This document shows, piece after piece, positions 1-10,073 of a stretch of 64,000 bases of DNA. The notes under the pieces were generated by a model. It saw nothing but the letters and a program-made list of their open reading frames with translations. It had not been told where the DNA came from and ran no database searches. The stretch's first letter is position 1, and the number at the start of each line of letters is the position of its first letter. The translations under genes were made by a program, and so were the position numbers. Source of the DNA: Bacteriovoracia bacterium (GTDB taxonomy: Bacteria; Bdellovibrionota; UBA1018; JBFWNL01); assembly GCA_050251055.1 (NCBI GenBank), contig JBFWNL010000002.1:224001-288000 (forward strand). The letters run 5' to 3'.

Positions 1-1239
1 ATGACCAGCGTACTCAACAACGCCTTAATCTTTCGGGGCACGAGCATGCAGGCCGATGTCGGCCATGACATCGGACGCATTCTAGTTCCCCAGCCGGACT
101 TATCCAAACCGAGCGTCACCGGCATCGCCGCCGATAAGTTCGTCGAAGTCTCGCGGTATCTGGCGGCGAATTCCCAGATGCCTCTCTATCAAATTCCGGC
201 CTTCGCCCAAGTTTCGGCCAATGTGGAGCAAGGCCTGGGGTACAACTCCGCCTCCGGAACGGGTTTATATGTGGCGCGCGGCCGCGGTAGCTATGCCACC
301 TGGCTACATAAGCTTTTGGGGGGATTCAGCTTCGACAACCCGGCGATCAACCTCAACAACAAAGCCCTGATGGAACAATACATTTCGGCCGCCCTCCAAG
401 AGCTAGGCGACTACCATAAGAGCGGAAAGCCCGGTGCGGCCAATCTGTACGACAGCTACCGAAACGCGGAAGATCTGTTCCGCCGTTCCTTCGGAAATCT
501 GACCGACCAATGGAACGCGCTCTACGCGAAGTACTTGGATCTGGCGAAACGCGCGGCCGCCAGCGTGCCCTACCTGATTCCCGCGGGTGGCACGGATCCT
601 AACTCCGCCGGTTTGAGCCACATGGCCACCGAGTTCGCGCTCATGGAGTTCATCCGCAGCAATGATCTGGTGGGCGTGACGACTTTCCACCGTCCCGGCA
701 CAATCGATACCGGCACCTTCACCCACGATCTGGACGAGCACACCCAGGAAGGCCGTAACATGACCCGATCGGTGGTGGCGATGAACTACTGGATGCGCAT
801 GGTTGTCGCGATGATTAACGAGTTTCGCACAGCCGTAGGCGCCACGCGCTGGGAGGACACCGTGGTCCAACTCGGTACCGAATTCGGTCGTGAACCCCGC
901 TTTGCCCACACGGACGGGAGCGAGCACGGACCAGATGCTTCGCATCTCCTAGCCTTCAGCGGAGCGATCCAGGAGTTCCAGTACGGCGGAAACGTTCAAA
1001 AAAATACGCAGCAAACCACCAACGGAACTACGTACAACCAAGGCTGCTACGGACGCTCGATTCCCGTCCAATACACCAACGACGTAGGCCAGCTGCTTAC
1101 CGCCACGATCACTAACGAGCACATGGCCTCAACGATCGCGCGATTAGTCGGTGTGCCGTCACCGGTGACGGCAGCCTCGCTGGTGGAACAAGTAGGCGCG
1201 ACGTTTAAACTTCGCACTGAATCTCCGAAAACCGTTTAG
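1..1239 (+). CDS. DUF1501-family protein (probably 5'-truncated by the window edge)
   Basis: C-terminal motifs DLDEH, TEFGREP and GSEHG resemble the DUF1501 pattern DxH...(S/T)EFGRxP...GxDH. The ORF is open from base 1. Confidence 0.65.
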   Translation: MTSVLNNALIFRGTSMQADVGHDIGRILVPQPDLSKPSVTGIAADKFVEVSRYLAANSQMPLYQIPAFAQVSANVEQGLGYNSASGTGLYVARGRGSYATWLHKLLGGFSFDNPAINLNNKALMEQYISAALQELGDYHKSGKPGAANLYDSYRNAEDLFRRSFGNLTDQWNALYAKYLDLAKRAAASVPYLIPAGGTDPNSAGLSHMATEFALMEFIRSNDLVGVTTFHRPGTIDTGTFTHDLDEHTQEGRNMTRSVVAMNYWMRMVVAMINEFRTAVGATRWEDTVVQLGTEFGREPRFAHTDGSEHGPDASHLLAFSGAIQEFQYGGNVQKNTQQTTNGTTYNQGCYGRSIPVQYTNDVGQLLTATITNEHMASTIARLVGVPSPVTAASLVEQVGATFKLRTESPKTV

Positions 1240-1250
1240 AGGAGTCGACG

Positions 1251-4200
1251 ATGAGTATCTTTAAAAAACTCCTCGTATTCACCCAAATCCTGGGCTGCGT
1301 AACCGCCGCTGGCCTCACCGCAGGTTGCGGCCAGGTGAAGCTCTACAACGCCCAACGCCAACTCGCGAACCTTCAACAAAATCGGCCTGACGCATCATTA
1401 GAAGAAGAGTTTCGCCAGATCATGGACAAGCGCTGCACGAACTGCCACCGCGCCGGGGGATCGGTGCCGACCTCCCCGCTGGACCGCTCCGTCACTCTTC
1501 AGGCCATGACCGATTCCGGCATGATCTTTCCGGGTAACGCTCCCCGTTCGAAGGTCTTCAATCGCCTCATCGGCGCCGGCGGATTGAACCCCACGCTTGA
1601 AAACATGCCCATGGGATCGGGCGCCCTCCCCTACGCCGAAATGGTGACCATCCGTCAATTTATCGAATCGCTTGGCGATCCCAGCCTCGTACCTCAGCTG
1701 GATTGGATCAGCCCAGCCGTAGGCCAGCGCTCAACCAATCAGCTCACGATGCCGTTCGTCGTGAGCTGCACCCGCGGATTTCCGGTTTCCGTGACCGGCC
1801 CGGACATCGCGCCGATTCAAACCGATTGTCCGCCCGGGGGCCAAATCAGCGGGACGTTGATGTTCACGCACGGCGGGACCTATCCGGCCGCGATCTCTGC
1901 CAAGCAACGCGTCTACTCACTCAATCTTCAATCCGACATCTCGATTGCCTTCGACAACGTCGCGCCCGTCGTGACCACCGACTTCCAGGCCAACCAGCAA
2001 GTGCTCGCGAGCGTCACCGCCGCCGGCAACTGCACCACCGGCGACAGCCAAGTAAAAATCCAGATTATCGGCGGTGCCATGTTCCTGGGCAATTGCGCGG
2101 CTGGACGCTACTCCATTCCCGTCACGTTCACCGCGCCCGACGGCAACAAAGATCTCGAAATCACTCAAACCGATGCCCTCCAAAACCAGGGCCGGGTCAC
2201 TATTCGCCTCGTGCGTAACACCGCCGTCCCGCTCGTGACGATCACCCAGCCCGTAAACGGGCTGCGCACCCGCGTGGCTAACCAGCAGGTCCGCGGCGCG
2301 TGCGACCAAGCCACTGTACGCGTGATTAGCTCCCGCATCATGGGATCACCCCAAGCGGGAAATTGCGTAAACGGGACATATAATGTCCCGGTGACTTTTC
2401 TGAGCCCCGATGGGCCCGTGGATATTCGCGTCGAATCGACCAACTCGCCCGGCACCGTGGGCTTTGCCCTGGGAAGTTACTTTCTAGACACGACCCCTCC
2501 GGCCGTGGTCGTTCAAGCCCCGCTCAGTGGAGCCACCGTTCCGACGACTACGGTCGCATTTGACGTGCTCTGTGAATCAGGCCGTAACGTCGATCTCTCG
2601 AGCTCGAACTCTGGTCTGGTTACTCCGAACGTCGTACTCTGCCCGGCCACAGGGCGCGCGCAGTTCAATGTCACGCTCTCGAGTATCCCTGGCGCCAAGA
2701 ACATTCAAGTCGCGCAGACGGACGAGGCGCAAAACGTGACGCAGATCCCGCTTACGATCAACTACCAGCCTCCGCCTGCCCAGATGTTGGCCATTCTCTC
2801 TCCCGTGACGGGAACGAGTTTCAATCAGGTTTCGATCCCCGCGCAAATTCGTTGCTCGACGAACGCGGGCGATGGGAACGTTACCGTTTCGGGCACGCGT
2901 ATCACCAGTCTGAGCGCAGTCTGTCCGACCGGCGGCGTCTGGTCGGTTAACCTCACCGCGCAGCCGGGCGAGTACCAGAACTCGCCAATCAATGCCGCCC
3001 AGACGATCTCCGGCACGGGCCAGAACGTTTCCGTGCAATTTAGCATGGACACCACGCCACCTTCACTCACCACGACGTTGGTAAACGGTCAGCGGGTGCA
3101 ACGCACTATCAACGTGCAGGGAACTTGCTCGGAAAATGGCCGCGCCGTCACCGTGTCGGGAGATCTGATGAACACCATCAATACGAGCTGCAGTAACGGC
3201 AGCTACACCGCCGCCGTCACTCTGAGTGGATCTGACGGAAACAAGTATCTTTCGATCGAGCACCGAGACGCGGCGACGAACCCGACCGTGATCACCCGTC
3301 AAGTGATCCTAGACACTATCCCGCCGGTGCTCACTATTGCGAGCCCGGCCCCCGGTAGTATCGTATCGTCGGCGAGCATCACCGTTACCGGCACCTGCGA
3401 AACCGGTCTCACGGTGAGCCTGGCGGGTAACATCAACGCGGCCCCGCAGACCACTACGTGCGCGGCCGGCACTTTTAGTAAGGCCGTGGCGCTCTCAGGC
3501 GGCGACGGCCCTAAACAAATCAACGCCTTTAGCGTCGATGGTGCGAATAATCGTACGGATGTGAACTTAAACCTCACGCTCGACGCCAGCGCTCCCAACG
3601 TAGTAATCACCACCCCCGTGGAGGGCAGCTACCAGAACACCGCCGCCGTCAGTATCACTGGCACCTGCGAAAGTCCGATCCCAGTCGTCATTTCGGGCGG
3701 CCTCACTCAGACCTACAGCGCAGCCTGTAACGGTAATACATTTTCACAAGTGGCAACGCTGAGCGGGGGAGATGGTCCCAAAACCATCACCGCACGCCAA
3801 ACCGACGGAGCAAATAACGTCGGACAAAACTCGGTGACGGTAAACCTCGACACCCTGAATCCGGTCTTCGTCATCACCTTCCCCGCCAATAACGGCGATG
3901 TCGCCCCGCCTACCCTAACCGTCACGGGCACCTGCGAAAACGGAAACCTACTAACGGTCACGGCCGCCGGCACCAGCGGATCGGTAACCTGCGCGGGCGG
4001 CGCCTTCTCGCGGGCCTTCGATATCTCGGCGATCCCATTCGGATTCTATCAGCTATCGGTAACCGCGCGCGATCAAGCGCTAAACATGAGCTCGCAGACG
4101 ATCCCGTACTTTCGACTGCCCAACAACCCCACCAGTCCGTTCGGCAAGGCCCAACGTGTGATGGGCCGCTACTGTATGGGGTGCCACATGGAAATGGCGA

Positions 4201-5108
4201 CCAACACCGAGGCCCAATACGTGGCTCCGCGCGTGATTCCCGGCAACCCGAACCAGAGTACGCTCACCATGCGCACCCGCTTTAGTCCCACCGGCGGGGC
4301 AAGTTCCACCATGCCTCTTAACCCCACTCTCTACAACGCGTTCACTCAGTCCGACTATAACGACCTGGCGAACTGGATCACCAACTACAGTGGTGGCGGA
4401 AGCGGCGGAAGTGGAGGTGGTGGTACCGGAACCACGGTTGCTACCGTACCCGGTGAGAAGTTGATCCTGATGGACCGATTTGCCCTGAAAAGTAAGCTTT
4501 CGAATATCTACGGCATCGCCACCGGTTCGGCCTATGGTAACGGACTCAATCCCGCCGACCGCTTGCTCGCGCAGGTCTCGATTTTCGGAGGGCCGTGCGA
4601 CGCCACGAACATTTCTTACAGCAGTGCCGTCGCTAACGGAAACGTAATGGAGACCGCCCTCGCCCTCGACTCGGGAAAATGCGGCTACCAAGATTCCTAC
4701 CCCGGACGTTATAGCATCGTCGACAATGAAGACCGTCGTGCGGCTACGCGTCCAATCTCGTTTCCTCCCCGCGAAGGCTTTCGTATCAAGTCGTGTTGGG
4801 ACATCGGTTACAAGGACGGGGAATCAGTCTTCAACGACTACCTCAAGAACGCCATCAGCAACGCGACCGGAGTAGCGGTCGCGAGCATCGCCAACCACGT
4901 AAATACGAATCCCGTACCCAACGACGCCGAAATCCGTGCGGCCTATGAAATGTTCTATCCCCAAGGCGATCTGCCGACGGCTGCGCTCGATAAGCTGAAA
5001 ACCGTAGCCACCCAGGCAAATTCCAGGTTCGGTTCAACCCGTAAATGGGAGGCATGGCGCTACTTACTCACCACCCTCTGCTTAAGTCCCGAATGGCAAG
5101 CGCAATAA
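1251..5108 (+). CDS. Giant lipoprotein: two mono-haem c-type cytochrome domains flanking about nine Ig-like repeats, plus a C-terminal helical domain
   Basis: GAGGAG RBS; lipobox LTAGC; CTNCH (1434-1448) and CMGCH (4173-4187), each followed by PG..S and MP motifs; ~90-aa beta-rich repeats ending in DTxPP/DxxAP; Gly/Ser linker. Confidence 0.85.
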   Translation: MSIFKKLLVFTQILGCVTAAGLTAGCGQVKLYNAQRQLANLQQNRPDASLEEEFRQIMDKRCTNCHRAGGSVPTSPLDRSVTLQAMTDSGMIFPGNAPRSKVFNRLIGAGGLNPTLENMPMGSGALPYAEMVTIRQFIESLGDPSLVPQLDWISPAVGQRSTNQLTMPFVVSCTRGFPVSVTGPDIAPIQTDCPPGGQISGTLMFTHGGTYPAAISAKQRVYSLNLQSDISIAFDNVAPVVTTDFQANQQVLASVTAAGNCTTGDSQVKIQIIGGAMFLGNCAAGRYSIPVTFTAPDGNKDLEITQTDALQNQGRVTIRLVRNTAVPLVTITQPVNGLRTRVANQQVRGACDQATVRVISSRIMGSPQAGNCVNGTYNVPVTFLSPDGPVDIRVESTNSPGTVGFALGSYFLDTTPPAVVVQAPLSGATVPTTTVAFDVLCESGRNVDLSSSNSGLVTPNVVLCPATGRAQFNVTLSSIPGAKNIQVAQTDEAQNVTQIPLTINYQPPPAQMLAILSPVTGTSFNQVSIPAQIRCSTNAGDGNVTVSGTRITSLSAVCPTGGVWSVNLTAQPGEYQNSPINAAQTISGTGQNVSVQFSMDTTPPSLTTTLVNGQRVQRTINVQGTCSENGRAVTVSGDLMNTINTSCSNGSYTAAVTLSGSDGNKYLSIEHRDAATNPTVITRQVILDTIPPVLTIASPAPGSIVSSASITVTGTCETGLTVSLAGNINAAPQTTTCAAGTFSKAVALSGGDGPKQINAFSVDGANNRTDVNLNLTLDASAPNVVITTPVEGSYQNTAAVSITGTCESPIPVVISGGLTQTYSAACNGNTFSQVATLSGGDGPKTITARQTDGANNVGQNSVTVNLDTLNPVFVITFPANNGDVAPPTLTVTGTCENGNLLTVTAAGTSGSVTCAGGAFSRAFDISAIPFGFYQLSVTARDQALNMSSQTIPYFRLPNNPTSPFGKAQRVMGRYCMGCHMEMATNTEAQYVAPRVIPGNPNQSTLTMRTRFSPTGGASSTMPLNPTLYNAFTQSDYNDLANWITNYSGGGSGGSGGGGTGTTVATVPGEKLILMDRFALKSKLSNIYGIATGSAYGNGLNPADRLLAQVSIFGGPCDATNISYSSAVANGNVMETALALDSGKCGYQDSYPGRYSIVDNEDRRAATRPISFPPREGFRIKSCWDIGYKDGESVFNDYLKNAISNATGVAVASIANHVNTNPVPNDAEIRAAYEMFYPQGDLPTAALDKLKTVATQANSRFGSTRKWEAWRYLLTTLCLSPEWQAQ

Positions 5109-5268
5109 AACGGTATCTGCCGTTAGACGCGCGGGGAGAAGGGATAAAAAAACCTCTCGGCTCACATAGCAGCTCCTTGGACAACGCCCACGATACGGGC
5201 TTTTAGCAAGCCATCGTTCGCGCAAATCCCAGTTGACGATTTCACTCCCTATCAAAGACAATTCAGGG

Positions 5269-6036
5269 ATGTTCCGACATCGACTCCAAAAAGCCCGAAC
5301 CATTCGGGTGCATGTGGACTGGCTAATATTGAGCTTCATTGCCGGATGCGTGAACGCGGGGGGGTTCCTGGGTGCGCATCGATTCGTAAGTCACGTCACG
5401 GGATTCGCGACCTTGTTCGGCGCCGAGGCTGCACGTGGGAAGTGGGACCAAGCGATCGGCATCCTCTCCGTCCCGGCTTTCTTCCTGCTGGGTGTGATCG
5501 TTTCCGCCTACCTCGTGGACAACCGTGTTCATCGGGGAAAGCGGCCGCACTACGCCACGGTCATGGCCCTGGTCTGCAGCTGCATGCTCGTTGCGGCGAT
5601 CGGAGGACGTTTCCACTGGTTCGGCGAGTTCGGTAGCGAGCCCAAACTGAGCGCCGACTACTTCTTCTTGGCGCTGCTTTGCGCGGCCAGCGGTTTGCAG
5701 AACGCCGCGATTTCCAGCGCGTCCGGCGCCACCGTACGCACGACCCATCTAACGGGACTCACGACTGACCTGGGCATCGGATTCGTGCGCGCCCTTACGG
5801 ACCGCGACCAATACCGCGCCGAAATGCGCGCCACCCAGCACCGACTCGGCATGATCGCCACCTTCGCCAGCGGATCGGCGGTCGCCTCCTACGCTTTCTT
5901 AAAAGTGGCTTTCCTGGGATTTCTGCTGCCGGCGGGACTGGCCGCCTATCTGTTTTTCGAGGCGCTCGCCCCCTATCGGAGATTGCGCCGTTTACGCCGG
6001 GCTCAGTCCACGCAAAGCGCGGTCAAGTCTTTATAG
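5269..6036 (+). CDS. YoaK/DUF1275 family membrane protein
   Basis: AGCVNAGGFL, FVSHVTG, GLQNA and RTTHLTGLTTDLG motifs; hydrophobic helices. Start moved to ATG 5269. Confidence 0.85.
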   Translation: MFRHRLQKARTIRVHVDWLILSFIAGCVNAGGFLGAHRFVSHVTGFATLFGAEAARGKWDQAIGILSVPAFFLLGVIVSAYLVDNRVHRGKRPHYATVMALVCSCMLVAAIGGRFHWFGEFGSEPKLSADYFFLALLCAASGLQNAAISSASGATVRTTHLTGLTTDLGIGFVRALTDRDQYRAEMRATQHRLGMIATFASGSAVASYAFLKVAFLGFLLPAGLAAYLFFEALAPYRRLRRLRRAQSTQSAVKSL

Positions 6037-7289
6037 CTGTTTCCTTCGGCGCACCAGCTCCCAGAAACCGACCCGCACCCCGAACCGTCCAGGTACTTGC
6101 CTCCCATGTATTGAAAAACGTTGTTGAGCTTAGCGCAGTTCGACGGCCGTGAGTTTGCTCCGCAAACTTGCCGGGAGATCTCCAGCATCGGGTTCCCACC
6201 GTCCCGAATACCCACATCCCGGCATTTCGCGTCCGAATAGTCTCCGTTGACGGTGCTGTTGCAAGCTACACCCAAGTCGTCCGCTTGACAGGCGGCCAGG
6301 AGATTCACGTCGGACATGATCCCCTGCACGGGAAGCAGGTAGAAGTCATGGTCTTTATATCGGACGAAGAGATCCGCGGAGGGGGCATTCACGAAAACCA
6401 TCCCTAGCTGACTCGCCATCTCGGTTGAAAAGGGCAAGACCGTACGTTTACTGTACTTGGAGTCCTTCCAAGTAACGCCCTTCGCTTGAACGCGGGTCAA
6501 ATCGGCGTTCAGAAAATTCGATCCCGTGAAGTCAGCCCGATCCAAAACCGCGTCTTGCAGCACGGCTCGCTTGAAATTAGCCCTCGTAAACACGGCGGAG
6601 GTCAAATCGGCTTTCTCCAAGCGAGCCTTGGTGAAATCGATTTGGTCGCCGCGAGTATCACCCAAACGGGTGTTTTGCAGCAAAGCGTCTTTGAAAACCG
6701 CCCCGGTAAGGTCCGCTCCCTGCAGATCCGCTTCGACCAAAGTCGCCTGGGCAAAGTTCACCCTTTTGAACTGATTGCCCGACAGCTCGGCACCGTTGAG
6801 TTTGACCGCGAAGAAGTTCGCCTCGCTAAAGTCAGTCCGTGAAGACCTGACTAGCGAAAGATCCGATTCACGAAAGTCCGCGCGGACAAAGCGGGCTCCG
6901 TCGATTTGGGCGCCGGCGAACTGCACCCGCTTCATCGTGGCTTGCGTGAAATTAGTACGAACGAGCTTTGCATCGGTGAAGTCCGTGCCCGAGAGTATCG
7001 CGCCATCGAAGGCGGCTCCTTGCAGATTGGCCTTTTGGAAATCCGTTTTTTGCAAATCGGCCGAAGAAAACTGCGAGCCGCTCATGTCGACGCCGGCGAA
7101 ACTAAAACGCCCGAGAACCACGCCGCGAAAATCCGAGCACTGACCAATATAAGTCGTATTCAGACCCGGCTCACCCTTCGCGTTCACGCACTTTCCGTCG
7201 GATGAATACCGAAACCCAAGGTCACCCGCGAAAGAATTGATCGCCAAGAGCCAAATCCCACCCATCAGCAGCCCGAAACCTTTTTTCAT
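6003..7289 (-). CDS. Secreted pentapeptide-repeat protein with a Cys-rich C-terminal domain
   Basis: Signal peptide MKKGFGLLMGGIWLLAINSFA; long A(D/N)(L/F)xx repeats; C-terminal ~120 aa with 8 Cys. Confidence 0.9.
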   Translation of the reverse strand: MKKGFGLLMGGIWLLAINSFAGDLGFRYSSDGKCVNAKGEPGLNTTYIGQCSDFRGVVLGRFSFAGVDMSGSQFSSADLQKTDFQKANLQGAAFDGAILSGTDFTDAKLVRTNFTQATMKRVQFAGAQIDGARFVRADFRESDLSLVRSSRTDFSEANFFAVKLNGAELSGNQFKRVNFAQATLVEADLQGADLTGAVFKDALLQNTRLGDTRGDQIDFTKARLEKADLTSAVFTRANFKRAVLQDAVLDRADFTGSNFLNADLTRVQAKGVTWKDSKYSKRTVLPFSTEMASQLGMVFVNAPSADLFVRYKDHDFYLLPVQGIMSDVNLLAACQADDLGVACNSTVNGDYSDAKCRDVGIRDGGNPMLEISRQVCGANSRPSNCAKLNNVFQYMGGKYLDGSGCGSVSGSWCAEGNSYKDLTALCVD

Positions 7290-7398
7290 GACAACATTAG
7301 AACATCCTCTCTCCCTATCGTCCATCACGGGGAGTAGCAGTATCCCGACGGTTTTGGTTTGAATAAAAACACAATAAAAACAGATATATACTTAAAAC

Positions 7399-7427
7399 TT
7401 GACTAAATAAGTTAGATAACTTATCTC
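7399..7427 (+). promoter_or_regulatory. Sigma70-like promoter with a palindromic operator in the spacer
   Basis: TTGACT (7399)-N17-TATCTC. Perfect inverted repeat ATAAGTTA-ga-TAACTTAT at 7407-7424, upstream of the subtilase operon. Confidence 0.5.
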
Positions 7428-7468
7428 CACCTTACTGAAATCCGAGTACATCGGTTCGTGGAGGTCAG

Positions 7469-8191
7469 ATGATGCGGTTTTTGAATGGTTTAGCCTTGGG
7501 TGCTTTAGCGGCGGCCTTAAATACGCCAACCGCACAAGCGGCCAAACCCGAAGTATTGGTGAAGAGCAGCTCGCATATGTTGCTGGGGCAGCCCGGCGGA
7601 GCAAAGCTGACGATCAAAGTCGACACGCCGTACTCCCAAGTCCAACGCGAGATCAAGCGGAACTTTCTGACGCTCCTTCAAAGCTTGCCACGCGTGGCGC
7701 GTTCTCAGGTTTTTACCGAAGAGAAGCTAACTCCCACTTCGCAATCCAACGACGAACAGACGATCGCCGGCGCCCACACGCTGCTCATGCGCTTCGCCGA
7801 CTCCCAGCTCATGCCGGAGTCGCTCTTTACCCTGAACGAAGAACGTCTCGAGTGCAAAGCCAAAACGGATTGCGATGCCCACGTCGAGCTTTCCCTGCAA
7901 GGTCCGGTGAAATCGTACGCGGAGAAGATCGAAGCCCGTCCCATACAGAATCTAAACGGCAGCTTCACCCTGACCACCGGGGCGGAGCCTATCGACGCCA
8001 AAGACGTAACCAAGGGAACGACGATTTTTCTTTCCTTGCGCTTCCATGATGTCCGCTACTTGCATTTCCTCGCCGGATTGGTCGAGAAGAAGCAGCTAAA
8101 AACCCTGCCCACGGTCGATGAGCTCAACACGGGCTTCCTGATCTGGGCGAAATCCGCCGCGCCCCGCCTGGCGGCCGGAGGTGGCCAATGA
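7469..8191 (+). CDS. Secreted hypothetical protein, first gene of the subtilase operon
   Basis: GGAGG RBS; signal peptide; ATGA overlap with the next gene. Confidence 0.8.
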   Translation: MMRFLNGLALGALAAALNTPTAQAAKPEVLVKSSSHMLLGQPGGAKLTIKVDTPYSQVQREIKRNFLTLLQSLPRVARSQVFTEEKLTPTSQSNDEQTIAGAHTLLMRFADSQLMPESLFTLNEERLECKAKTDCDAHVELSLQGPVKSYAEKIEARPIQNLNGSFTLTTGAEPIDAKDVTKGTTIFLSLRFHDVRYLHFLAGLVEKKQLKTLPTVDELNTGFLIWAKSAAPRLAAGGGQ

Positions 8192-10071
8192 AGAATCACA
8201 CCCACGCTTTACGCGCGTTATGCCTGAGCCTGGCCTTAGCTGCAGCCGGTAGTAGCTGCGCATGGCTACGCGGAAAATCCACGACCGCCGTCGCGCCCAC
8301 ACCCGCGACGAATGGTGTGATCGCGGGCACGCTGCTGATTCAGCTAAAATCGGATGATCAGCTTCCGGAACTCCGCCGGCGATACGCGGTCAGCGAAGTG
8401 GACCGCGAAACCCGCGTCTATCGGTTAAAGGATGCGAGCTTCGGTGGCCGCGAGCGAGAAGCCGCGAGCGAACTCCAACGGGGGAATCAGTTTGAAATCG
8501 TGGAGCCGGAATGGGAAGTCCGGTCGTCGGCCTCGCCGAGGGATCCTTTGTGGGGTTCGCTCTGGGGTTTACGCAATCTCGGCCAAGACGCTCCGAATGG
8601 AATCGAGGGTAAGCCGGGCGCGGATATTGGCGCGCTCGAGGCCTGGAAAATCACCCAAGGCAGCCGCGACATCTTGGTCGCGGTTGTGGATAGCGGCGTG
8701 GACTATACCCACCCCGATCTAAAGGACAATATTTGGGTTAACGAAAAGGAAGCAAACGGGACGCCCGGAGTCGATGACGATGGCAACGGATACGTGGATG
8801 ACATTTACGGCTGGAACTTCGTCAGCGGCACCCAATCCTCGCTCGCCCACGGAAATTTGGGCTCGGCAGATCCGATGGACGACAATGGCCACGGTACGCA
8901 CGTAGCCGGTACGATCGGCGCCTCCGGCAACAACGGCGTGGGCGTCACCGGTGTAAACTGGAAGGTAAAAATCATAGCGCTAAAGTTTCTTTCCTCCGCC
9001 GGCTCGGGTGGAACGGGTGACGAGTACCGCGCCATCCGTTACGCGATCAAGCAAGGCGTGGACGTCATCAACGCGAGCTACGGTGGTGGAGGGAAGTCAA
9101 AACTGATTGAAGCCACGATCCGTGAAGCGGGCCGCGCCGGCTTGCTCTTCGTGGCCGCGGCCGGTAACGATTCAGAGAATAACGACACGACCAATAGTTT
9201 CCCGGCCAACTACCCGCTCGAGAACATACTCTCCGTAGCCGCGACCGACAATCTCGACCAGCTCGCCAGCTTCAGCAATTTCGGCTACGAAAAAGTCCAC
9301 CTCGCCGCCCCGGGCGTCGCCGTGCTCAGCACCTATCCGCTCGCGCTTGACGCCAAAGAAGGCGCCGGCGGTTACCCGTATCGGGCGTTCTCGGGTACGT
9401 CCATGGCCACCCCCCACGTCGTCGGTGCCGCCGCCCTGACCTTGGCGGCGCGGCCCGAACTACGCAAGCAACCCGCCGCCCTCAAGAAAGCACTCCTGGA
9501 AAGCTCGGAGTGGCTGCCCCAGCTCGCCGGAAAAGTATCGAGCGGCGGCCGACTGAATCTCGCCCGGGCCGTTCGCGGCCAGAAGGGTTCCGCGCCGGCC
9601 ATGGCTGGCGGCTGGGTGGAGGAAGCCATCGACTTCCGCACTCCCCGGTACCCCACGGAGGCGATCAACCAAGCGTGGGCGTTTAAGAAGGCGGGTGCCC
9701 AGGCCATACAGCTGCACGTGCAGTCGGCCGTAATCGACCGCCCGAACGACGCGGCCATCCTATTCGATTCGCTATACCGGCCCATCCTCGAGCTGCCGGC
9801 GGATAGTTTCGATCAGTGGTTGCCCGCGGTCGTGGGCGATACCGCTTACCTCAAGTTCAGCAACGGTTTGGTCGCCATCCAGAAATACCTGGGCAGCAAG
9901 CGGGTCAAGGATATGGCCGAGGTACCGGATGCCCTCGTCTGTCAACGCGTGTCGGGATCCGAGTTATTAGATTGCTACATCTGGGACAAGCCTGGGCCGA
10001 CGTTTCCGAACTTCGACTCCGAAAGCATCGTAATCGACAAGATTCGTTACCTTCCCGGAAAGGCGGAATAG
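8188..10071 (+). CDS. S8 subtilisin-like serine peptidase (lipoprotein) with a CUB-like C-terminal domain
   Basis: Catalytic motifs VAVVDSGVD, DDNGHGTHVAG, AAAGN and GTSMATPHV; calcium-loop motif DDDGNGYVDD. Confidence 0.95.
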   Translation: MKNHTHALRALCLSLALAAAGSSCAWLRGKSTTAVAPTPATNGVIAGTLLIQLKSDDQLPELRRRYAVSEVDRETRVYRLKDASFGGREREAASELQRGNQFEIVEPEWEVRSSASPRDPLWGSLWGLRNLGQDAPNGIEGKPGADIGALEAWKITQGSRDILVAVVDSGVDYTHPDLKDNIWVNEKEANGTPGVDDDGNGYVDDIYGWNFVSGTQSSLAHGNLGSADPMDDNGHGTHVAGTIGASGNNGVGVTGVNWKVKIIALKFLSSAGSGGTGDEYRAIRYAIKQGVDVINASYGGGGKSKLIEATIREAGRAGLLFVAAAGNDSENNDTTNSFPANYPLENILSVAATDNLDQLASFSNFGYEKVHLAAPGVAVLSTYPLALDAKEGAGGYPYRAFSGTSMATPHVVGAAALTLAARPELRKQPAALKKALLESSEWLPQLAGKVSSGGRLNLARAVRGQKGSAPAMAGGWVEEAIDFRTPRYPTEAINQAWAFKKAGAQAIQLHVQSAVIDRPNDAAILFDSLYRPILELPADSFDQWLPAVVGDTAYLKFSNGLVAIQKYLGSKRVKDMAEVPDALVCQRVSGSELLDCYIWDKPGPTFPNFDSESIVIDKIRYLPGKAE

Positions 10072-10073
10072 CC

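Noticed and set aside
9816-10073. Extended N-termini in the ORF track (also at 11930-13489, 46059-47150, 51883 and 54095)
   Set aside because: They overlap neighbouring genes; downstream starts give proper signal or prepilin peptides and coupling.
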